Shown here: positions 23,271 through 35,801 of the stretch, in pieces
How the letters are laid out: the number at the start of each line of letters is the position of its first letter
Position numbering within the stretch: the stretch's first letter is position 1
Assembly (NCBI GenBank): GCA_000004695.1
Contig: CM000151.3
Location: forward strand, 416,001-480,000
Length of the DNA stretch: 64,000 nucleotides
Origin: Dictyostelium discoideum
Taxonomy: Eukaryota
Direction: 5' to 3'
Notes under the pieces: model-generated
What the model saw: the letters and a program-made list of their open reading frames with translations, nothing else
Databases searched by the model: none
Told to the model about the DNA's origin: nothing
Position numbers and translations under genes: made by a program

Positions 23271-24349
23271 TTTTATTTTCGTTTTTTTAAAAAAAACATT
23301 TATTTTTATTTTTTTTTTTTTTTTTTTTTTCAATTTTTCAATTTTTTTTAAGTTGTTTAAAAAATAAAATTCCCTTTATGGTCGTCACATTTTATTTTTT
23401 ATCATTTATAATATTTTATTATAATTTTTATTATTTTTTTCTTTTTTTTTTTTTTTTTTCTTTTTTGATTTCTTTTTTTGAGATATTTTGGGCTCGTCGG
23501 AATTTTAAAAATTATAAAAAAAAAAAAGAAAAAAAAAAAAAGAAAAAAAATTCAAAGGTTATAAAAAATTTAAAGTCTGAATTTTAATAATTAAATAATA
23601 TATATATATATATATATACTCTTTCTTATATTTTCTTTTTTTTTATTTTTTTTTATTAACAATAATAAAGTTAATAAATATATTTTTTTTTTTTTATATT
23701 TTTTTTTTTCAATTTCTTGGTTTAAGCATTTTTGGCCAAACTATAAATAAAAAAAAAAATGGGTTTTTTATTAGTTTCCAAGAAAACAAAGTCGCTTTTC
23801 AAAAAAATAATTTAAGCATCAAAGTCGCTGATCAGGTTTTTTTTTTTTTTTTATTTTCTTTGATTAATCCCCACAGACCGGTATTTTATCAAATTTGCAA
23901 CCAGAAGTTCAAAATATACAAAAAAAAAAAATTCCCATGGCTTTTTTTACTGTTTTTTTTTAAAAAATTTAATTTTTTTTTAATTTTTTTTATTTTTTTT
24001 TTGAATTTTTTAATTTTTTTTATTTTTATTTTTTTTATTTTTAATCATTTTAATGTGTTACTATTTGTGTGTGTAAAAAAAAAAAAAAATAAATAAATAA
24101 TATTTAAAAAAATAAAAAATAAACAGTTTTTTTTTTTTCACACATCAAAATTATTATTATAAAAACAAATTTTTTTTTTTTTTTATTCATTTCATTTATT
24201 CCATCATCAACAACATCATCATCGTCATCATAAATAAAAAAAAAAAAAACCAACAATAACAACAACAAAAACAACAACAATAACAACAAAAACAACTTGT
24301 ATTATTAATATTATTTATTTATTTTATAAATTTTAAAAAATTTTCAAAA

Positions 24350-25973
24350 ATGGGAGGAAATTTATCATCAGAATTAAAATCAACAAAATATAGAAAGAGA
24401 GAGATTGTTGATTTAAGAAAGATGAATATTGATAAATTACCACCAACCATTGGAGCATTACAATGTAAAGAGTTATTATTATCAGAGAATGATTTAATAA
24501 CGATACCAGAGGAGATTGGAAAACTTAGTAAGGTAGAGATCATTGATTTCGCCAAGAATCGTATCAATTATATTCCACCAGAGATTGGATCATTGGCAAC
24601 ATTGAAGCAATTGTTCTTGTCAAATAACAAGTTATTCTACACACCGATCACACCAAACATTGGAGCATTAAAGAATTTGACACGTTTAGATTTATCATCG
24701 AATCAATTGGATGACCTACCAGTGGAGATATCAAATTGCGAAGCGTTAGAGTATTTGGATATCTCTGACAACCAATTGCAATCATTCCCATTGGAATTTG
24801 GAAAGTTATACAACCTTCAAGTATTCAATTGCTCAAAGAACTCGTTGAAATCGTTGCCTTCAGAGATCAGCGGTTGGGTGAAGTTGGAGGAATTGAACGT
24901 GTCCAACAATCAATTGGCATTCTTGCCAAATCAGATCTGTTTGTTGGGTTTGCTCTCGACTTTGAATGTCGGCTTCAACAAGTTGCAGCAATTACCTGAA
25001 GAACTCTCCTCAATGGTGAGCTTGACCAATTTGGACCTCAAAGTGAATCCACCACTTCAATACGTACCACAACTCTCCAACCTTCGTCAATTGAAAATCC
25101 TCTCAATTAGAAACCTTCAAATCACTCATTTACCATTGGGTCTTGGTTTACTCTCAGAGTTGATTGAATTGGATATTAGAGATAACCCACAACTCAAAGA
25201 GATCCCATACGATATCGCCACCCTTATCAATCTTCAAAAATTGGATCTCTTTGGTAACAACATGAGAATCGTTCCAAGAGAAGTTGGTAATCTCATCAAT
25301 CTTCAAACTTTAGATCTTCGTCAAAACAAACTTACCATTGATAATATTCCATCAGAAATTGGTAAACTTGTAAACTTAAAGAAATTATTATTATCAAATA
25401 ATTTATTAATTGCATTACCACCAGAAATTGCATCAATGAAAGCATTAAAAGTAAATATAAATATATATATATATATATACAAATATTATAATTATTAAAT
25501 TTAAACTAACTTTTTTTTTTTTTTTTTTTTTTTTATTATAGGAATTTGAAGCATCAAATAATCAACTTCAAGCAATTCCAACAGAAATTGGTGAATTATC
25601 AGGTTTAACTAAAATTAATTTATCAGGTAATAAATTAACAAGTATTCCAGCATCATTTGGTAATTTATCAGAATTACAAATTTGTGATTTAAAGAGTAAT
25701 GAAATTGCAGAATTACCAACTACATTGGATGGTCTTAAATCTTGTACTAAAATTGATCTTTCACATAATATGTTAACTGAATTACCATGGGAGTTTGGTG
25801 ATTTAATTGGTCTTACCATTCTTGATGTTGGTCATAATCCATTAACAATTCCACCAAATCCAATCGTTATGAAAGGTACTGAATCTATCATTCAATGGTT
25901 AAAGAAGAATGAAAAAGAAGGTCGTAAAGGTAAAGTTAGTGGTTTAGGTATTCAACAAGATAATGAAAAATAA
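24350..25973 (+). CDS. Leucine-rich-repeat protein with ~20 LRRs of the SHOC2/Scribble-LAP type (LxxLxxLxLxxNxLxxLPxxIg) and N-terminal MGGNLSS (N-myristoylation consensus). Two exons: 24350..25450 and 25542..25973.
   Basis: LRR periodicity is evident throughout the translation. Donor gtaaat at 25451, acceptor ttattatag|25542, phase 0. The second exon continues the LRRs and ends ...HNPLTIPPNPIVMKGTESIIQWLKKNEKEG. Confidence 0.85.
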
Positions 25974-26656
25974 ATTTAAATTTTAAATTTTAAATCCTAA
26001 ATCTTAAATCTTAAAAAAAAAAATAAAAATAAAAAAAAAAAAAAAAATAAAAAAAAAAAAAAAAAATAAATAAAAACAAACAATTAACAAATAATAATAA
26101 TAACAACAATAAAAAAAAAAAAAAAAAAAAAAAAAATTAAAAAAAAAACAAAAAACAATGTTTTTTATTTATATTAATCATGTTTTTTTTTTATTTATAA
26201 ATTTGTAAAAAAGTAAAAAAAAAAATAATTATGAAATTTCGTGCCATTGTTCGATTTTTTTTTTTTATTTTCAAATAATTTTTATTTGATTTTTTTTTTT
26301 TTTGATGGAAATTTTTGGCACCCCGAAAAGTTTTTTAGCACCTGGGTATTGTGACAAGTTAAAATTTCGAAAAATTAAAAAAAAAAAATAACAAAAAAAA
26401 AAAAAAATAACAAAAAAAAAAAAAAAAAAAAAAATCACATTAAAAAAAAAAAAACAACAACACACACACAAGAGACTACTATTCTCTTTCATTCAAATAT
26501 ATTTACAAATAATTCGATAAATTTTTTTTATTTTTTTTTTAATATTATATATGTTTATATATATTAGTACACACAATATTTATTTATGAATACATGCATA
26601 ATAGTTAAAAAAGATTATTTATAATAATAATATAATAATATAATAATAGTATAATA

Positions 26657-26698
<42 letters not shown>

Positions 26699-26826
26699 GA
26701 AACTATAGTATTAGTTTAAATAGGATATTAGAGAGGAATTAATCCTTAAAAAAAAAAAAAAAAAAAAAAAAAACAAAAAAAAAAAAAAAAAAAAAATAAT
26801 AAAAGTAATCATTCACTTTACAAAAA

Positions 26827-29598
<2,772 letters not shown>

Positions 29599-30378
29599 AG
29601 AAATAATAAAAAATATTTATTATTATTATTTTTATTATTAAATTAATTAAAATTATTATTTCCTTTTTATTTTTATTTATTTTATTTATTTAAGTGGAAA
29701 AAAGAAATTAATAAATTTTATTATTATAAATTGGGCAATTTCTTTTTTTTTTTAATGCAGTTTCAATTTAAAAATTTATTGAATTAATTAAAAAATTGTA
29801 TAATTTTATTTGAATAAATGGTTAAAATCTTCATGAATTGTATAAAATAAATTACTACTATATTCTAATTCTGATAGTATTGATTGATAACCTAAATTTT
29901 GAAAAAAGAATTCAAATAATTGATGATTGTCTTTTTCTATAGCTTTGGCAACATATCTTTGAAAAGATTCATCTGTTTCTAAGAAACTTTCTTCTGGTAA
30001 TTTACTATTTTTTGGGAAAAGGATATTATCATAATTTTCTAATAAGAATTTAAAAATAATTATATTTCCATCAACTGAAGCTTTAAAAAAACAAAGTGAA
30101 AGTAGACGTTTTTTTTCTTCATTAAATGTTTTTGGTAGTGATTGTTGTGATTTTGTTTCAAAATTATTGAATGTATCTATTAATTTCCCTAATAATTTGT
30201 AATCACTATTTTTACCAATAATTTCAAAAATAATATCTAATTGGAAATATGATTCATTAATTAAATGATTTTCAAATTCTATTAAAAATTGATCAATTTG
30301 ATTTGATAAATAAAGTGCTGATATTAATGATAATCGTGAGGGTATGGGAACTTTATCTTTACATGTTGAGAAAATACA

Positions 30379-32427
30379 TCAGCCAGAATCAATATCAGCT
30401 GCTTTACGATTTGTAAATAACCAATATAAAAATTGTTTATTAATGTATGAAGCTTTTAAAATGAATAAATCATTTTCCGTACTATTAAAAAGATGAATTT
30501 CAGTTTGAACCATTATTGAAAGTGGATTATATTGTTCTGTTGTATGTTCAATAATTAATTTTATACATTCTAATTGATAGTCTAAATTAATTTTTGAATT
30601 TACTTTTAAAACTAAAGATTCTAATAAGAGTTTTTCATCTAAATAGTTTGAGATATTAAAATTTTTACGAGTTTCTTTTAATTTTTTAATCAAGTATGCA
30701 TATGATATTAAACCATACCCTTTTGGTATTGAGGGGGTGGTTATTGAAAAACCAGAGTTTATAATTGTTGGTAAAATTAAATCATTTTCAATATTATATT
30801 TATCATTTAATTGAATTTTTATTAATTGATTGAAAGTTTCAATTAAATCAGTTCTGTCCATTTTCACCCAAGTTGTTAAATTATTTTTAAATTTTGGATG
30901 TAAAATGATTTCGTTGAAATTTGTAAAACAAAATTCTAACATTTCATTTGATCTAATATATCTTTTAATATCAAAATCAAAATTTTCTTTATTATTTAAT
31001 TCTTTTGAAATTAGTTTTAAATAATTATCTTTAAAGAAATTTGAATTTGAATTTGAATTTGAATTTGAATTTGAATTTGAATCAATAGATGTATTGAAAG
31101 ATGAATTTGTTGAAAGTGAAATTAAAAAATCAATTAATTCTATATCATCATATTCAATTAATAAAAATACTAACACTATTGGATTTAAAAGATTTTTTAA
31201 AATTAATTTTGAAATAAATGATATATATCTTGATTTTGAAACATCTGAAGATTTCATAAATCTAAATAAAATTTGAGGATATAGTTTAGTTTCAAATATT
31301 GGCAATGTGCCAAAATCATTTATAGTCTTTTCTAATAATCTTGAATTGCAATATTCTAGTGAAGGTATAGATGGTTGATTTTGATATGCTGTTAGAATAT
31401 TTTCATAAATTTTATTTGCATGAGAATTAATTTCTTCATTACTATCTCCTTCATCATCAAATTTTAAAAATCTAAATGGATTATAATCAATATCAAACCC
31501 TACTGAATCATAATAAAATTTAATTAATTTTTTTAAATTAAAATCATCATATTCTAAATTAATTATATTTGATTTTAAATCTTTTTCTGAATATTTATTT
31601 TTAATTTCATTAATTTCTTCAATTGTTAAAATTGGTGGTGATGATGATGATTTTATATTTTTTAAAAAAGGAATGTTGATAATAATTATACACAAACCAA
31701 TTAAAATTTCCAAATCTATATTTAAAACATCTTTTGGGAATATTGAATCCTTAAAAAATAATAAATCTCTACTTTCTATTAGTGTTATTAACCTTGGAAT
31801 CTTTGATAACATTTTTATAATTGTGGATTTATGAATTTTTTTATTTGATAATAAAATTTTCCACTCCATTGAGCATGGAAAATTATTATTTTCATCATTT
31901 TCATTAAGATATGTCAATATGTCAATTGAGTTATATTTTAATGCTTCATTAAAATAAAATTGATAATTATTGTTAACCAAAATACAATTATTATAATTAA
32001 TATTATTATTATTATTATTATTAATATTAATATTATTAGTTTCATTAAAGGTACTTTTTTCATTGACTAAAACTAAGAAACCAACTAAACAATCATTTTC
32101 TATTGAACATTCTAATAATTTATTAAAATCAACCATTGAGTAGTGTGGAATTAAATTTTTATAAATTTTAATGTTTTCTTCATTTATATTTTTAATTTTT
32201 TTAAAAACACAATCAAAATTATTGTAATTCTTAAAATTTAAAAATTCACCACAATTCAACTTTTCAATTAGTAATGATAGATTATTTGAATTAATAATTT
32301 GTGATATATCATTGAATACTTCATATTTAATTGTTCTAAATCTAATGTTTGTATATGAAATAATGGTGTAAAATAAAAATTTATTTTTTATTACTTTCCA
32401 AAATAAAATTTCTGTATTATCAGACAT
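30379..32427 (-). CDS. Orphan Asn-rich protein, tandem copy A (682 aa as written). It ends at a TGA (30379-30381) where copy B has AGA (Arg). The downstream ~540 nt (to ~29806) remain in frame and are homologous to copy B coding sequence, so this is either a recent nonsense truncation or a read error.
   Basis: ORF MSDNTEILFWKVIKNKFLFY...TNRKAADIDSG*. Nucleotide alignment to 32767..35393: copy A has 'tcagcc' (30377-30382) where copy B has 'tctacc'. Contains an in-frame (GAATTT)n coding (SN)n. Confidence 0.6.
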   Translation of the reverse strand: MSDNTEILFWKVIKNKFLFYTIISYTNIRFRTIKYEVFNDISQIINSNNLSLLIEKLNCGEFLNFKNYNNFDCVFKKIKNINEENIKIYKNLIPHYSMVDFNKLLECSIENDCLVGFLVLVNEKSTFNETNNININNNNNNNINYNNCILVNNNYQFYFNEALKYNSIDILTYLNENDENNNFPCSMEWKILLSNKKIHKSTIIKMLSKIPRLITLIESRDLLFFKDSIFPKDVLNIDLEILIGLCIIIINIPFLKNIKSSSSPPILTIEEINEIKNKYSEKDLKSNIINLEYDDFNLKKLIKFYYDSVGFDIDYNPFRFLKFDDEGDSNEEINSHANKIYENILTAYQNQPSIPSLEYCNSRLLEKTINDFGTLPIFETKLYPQILFRFMKSSDVSKSRYISFISKLILKNLLNPIVLVFLLIEYDDIELIDFLISLSTNSSFNTSIDSNSNSNSNSNSNSNFFKDNYLKLISKELNNKENFDFDIKRYIRSNEMLEFCFTNFNEIILHPKFKNNLTTWVKMDRTDLIETFNQLIKIQLNDKYNIENDLILPTIINSGFSITTPSIPKGYGLISYAYLIKKLKETRKNFNISNYLDEKLLLESLVLKVNSKINLDYQLECIKLIIEHTTEQYNPLSIMVQTEIHLFNSTENDLFILKASYINKQFLYWLFTNRKAADIDSG

Positions 32428-32766
32428 TTTTAAAATATAGAAAATTAAAATAATAAAAAAAAATAAAGAGATGTTTGTTATTTTTTTTTTTTTTTTTTTT
32501 TTTTTTTGATTTTAAAAAATTGTTAAAAAAAATGGGTCATTCAGCGAAATCTGAAAAAATATCTTATTTTTTTTTTTTTTTTTTTTCGATGAATGGGTGC
32601 ACTACAATTAATTTAAATATTTATTTTAAACACCATGTTTTTGAAAATTAATAAAAATAATTATTTGCTTTATTTTTTATTTATTTAAGTGAAAAAAAAG
32701 AAATTTTATTAAATTATAATAATATAAATCAATTTATTTTTTCTTTTTTTTTTTTATTTTTTTATT

Positions 32767-35393
32767 TTATTTGAATAAATGGTTAAAACCATTTTGAATT
32801 GTATGAAATAGATTACTACTTTTTTCTAATTCTGATATTATTGATTGATAACCTAAATTTTGAAAAAAGAATTCAAATAATTGGTGATTTTTTTTTTCAA
32901 TAGCTTTGGCAACATATCTTTTAAAAGATTCATCTCTTACTAAGAAATAATCTTTTGGTAATTTACTATTTTTTGGGAAAAGGATATTATCATAATTTTC
33001 TAATAAGAGTTTAAAAATATTTATATTTCCACCAATTGAGGCATTAAAAAAACAAAGTGAAAGTAGACGTTTTTTTTCTTCATTAAATGTTTTTGGTAGT
33101 GATTGTTGTGATTTTGTTTCAAAATTATTGAATGTATCTATTAATTTCCCTAATAATTTGTAATCACTATTTTTACCAATAATTTCAAAAATAATATCTA
33201 ATTGGAAATATGATTCATTAATTAAATGATTTTCAAATTCTATTAAAAATTGATCAATTTGATTTGATAAATAAAGTGCTGATATTAATGATAATCGTGA
33301 GGGTATGGGAAATTTATCTTTACATGTTGAGAAAATACATCTACCAGAATCAATATCAACTGATTTACGATTTGTAAATAACCAATATAAAAATTGTTTA
33401 TTAATGTATGAAGCTTTTAAAATGAAGAAATCATTTTGAATACTACTAAAGAATTCAATTTCAGTTTGAGCCATTATTGAAAGTGGATTATATTGTTCTG
33501 TTGTATTTTCAATAATTAATTTTATACATTCGAATTGATAGTCTAAATTAATTTTTGAAAAGCCTTTTGAATTTACTTTTAAAAGTAAAGATTCTAATAA
33601 GAGTTTTTCATCTAAATAGTTTGAGATATTAAAATTTTTACGAGTTTCTTTTAATTTTTTAATCAAGTATGCATATGATATTAAACCATACCCTTTTGGT
33701 ACTGAAAGAGTATTATTTGAAAAACGAATGTTTATAAAAGTTGGTAAGATTAAATCATTTTCAATATTATATTTATCATTTAATTTATTTTTTATTAATT
33801 GATTGAAAGTTTCAATTAAATCAGTTCCATCCAATTTCACCCAAGTTGTTATATCAGTTTTAAAATTTGGATGTAAAATGATTTCATTGAAATTTGTAAA
33901 ACAAAATTCTAACATTTCATTTGATCTAATATATCTTTTAATATCAAAATCAAAATTTTCTTTATTATTTAATTCTTTTGAAATTAGTTTTAAATAATTA
34001 TCTTTAAAGAAATTTGAATTTGAATTTGAATTTGAATTTGAATTTGAATTTGAATCAATAGATGTATTGAAAGATGAATTTGTTGAAAGTGAAATTAAAA
34101 AATCAATTAATTCTATATCATCATATTCAATTAATAAAAAATAATAACACTTATTGGATTTAAAAGATTTTTTAAAATTAATTTTGAAATAAATGATTTA
34201 TATCTTGATTTTGAAACATCTGAAGATTTCATAAATCTAAATAAAATTTGAGGATATAGTTTAGTTTCAAATATTGGCAATGTACCAATACCATTTATAG
34301 TCTTTTCTAATAATCTTGAATTGCAATATTCTAGTGAAGGTATAGATGGTTGATTTCGATAATATGATTCTAAAATTTTTTCATGAATTTGATTTGATTG
34401 AGAATTAATTTCTTCATTACTATCTTCATCATCATCATCATCAAATTTTAAAAATCTTAATGGATTATAATCAATATCAAACCCTACTGAATCATAATAA
34501 AATTTAATTAATTTTTTTAAATTAAAATCATCATATTCTAAATTAATTATATTTGATTTTAAATCTTTTTCTGAATATTTATTTTTAATTTCATTAATTT
34601 CTTCAATTGTTAAAATTGGTGGTGATGATGATGATGATTTTTTATTTTTTAAAAAAGGAAGGTTGATAATAATTATACACAAACCAATTAAAATTTCCAA
34701 ATCTGTATTTAAAACATCTTTTGGGAATATTGAATCCTTAAAAAATAAAAAATCTCTTATTTTTATTAGTGATATTAACCTTGGAATCTTTGATAACATT
34801 TTTATAATTAAGGATTTTTGAATTTTATTTGTCAATTTTTTCCACTCCATTGAGCATGGAAAATTATTATTTTCATCATTTTCATTAAGATATGTCAATA
34901 TGTCAATTGAGTTATTTTTTAATGCTTCATTAAAATAAAATTGATAATTATTGTTAACCAAAATACAATTATTATAATTATTATTATTATTATTAATATT
35001 ATTAGTTTCATTAAAGGTACTATTTTCATTGATTAAAACTAGGAAACCAACTAAACAATCATTTTCTATTGAACATTCTAATAATTTATTAAAATCAACC
35101 ATTGAGTAGTGTGGAATTAAATTTTTATAAATTTTAATGTTTTCTTCATTTATATTTTTAATTTTTTTAAAAACACAATCAAAATTATTGTAATTCTTAA
35201 AATTTAAAAATTCACAACGATTCAACTTTTCAATTAGTAAGGATTGATTATTTGAATTAATAATTTGGGATACATCATTGAAATCTTCATATTTAATTGT
35301 TCTAAATCTAATGTTTGAATATGAAATTATAATTTTAAATAAATATTTATTTTTTATTACTTTCCAAAATAAAATTTCTGTATTATCAGACAT
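32767..35393 (-). pseudogene. Orphan Asn-rich protein, tandem copy B. Full-length 3' part, but the frame is broken near 34131-34150 by two extra bases relative to copy A (run of 6 A vs 5, tt vs t), so it is split into ORFs 35393..34131 and 33915..32767.
   Basis: Copy B reads ...LKNLLNPISVIIFY* where copy A reads ...LKNLLNPIVLVFLLIEYDD... The downstream ORF (MLEFCFTNFNEIILHP...) is in another frame. The ORF-track start at 35561 (MMKKKKKK) is a poly-A artefact; the true ATG is at 35393 (MSDNTEILFWKVIKNK). Confidence 0.55.
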
Positions 35394-35801
35394 TTTTAAA
35401 ATACAGAAATTAAAAAAATATAAAAGAAAAAAAAAAAAAAGATGTTCTTTTTTTTTTTTTTTTTTTGGCAAAACAACCTCCCCTCTTTTTTTTTTTTTTT
35501 TTTTTTTGAAATTTTTTTTTTTTTTTGAAATTTTTTTTTTTTTTTTTTTTTTTTTCATCACAATTATTATTTCTTATTTCATTGTTATTATTTTTTGAAA
35601 ATGTATAATTTAATTAATTTTTTTTAATACCACATAAACACAACAAGAAACACCACATCCAAATAATTGATTTTCAAATTTTATTTTTTTTCCTTGAAAA
35701 TTTATATTAAATAAATATTTACACCAACAAAAAAAAAGAAAAAAAAAATAATGTAATATAAAAATATTAAAAAAAAAAAAAAATCCATCTTATTGATGTT
35801 T

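Larger units (their letters stand above)
29640..35600. repeat. Direct tandem duplication, two units of about 2.97 kb (about 29640-32620 and 32620-35600). Each carries one copy of the orphan Asn-rich gene plus flanks.
   Basis: Base-by-base alignable 3' ends (29790-29940 vs 32760-32910), internal coding and 5' ends (32380-32430 vs 35350-35400), with roughly 5-10% divergence. Confidence 0.8.

Noticed and set aside
34131-34150. Possibility that the frame break in orphan copy B is a tiny intron (GTGTTA…tatag, ~38 nt).
   Set aside because: Far shorter than any other intron in the window (70-110 nt), and copy A reads straight through the homologous position.
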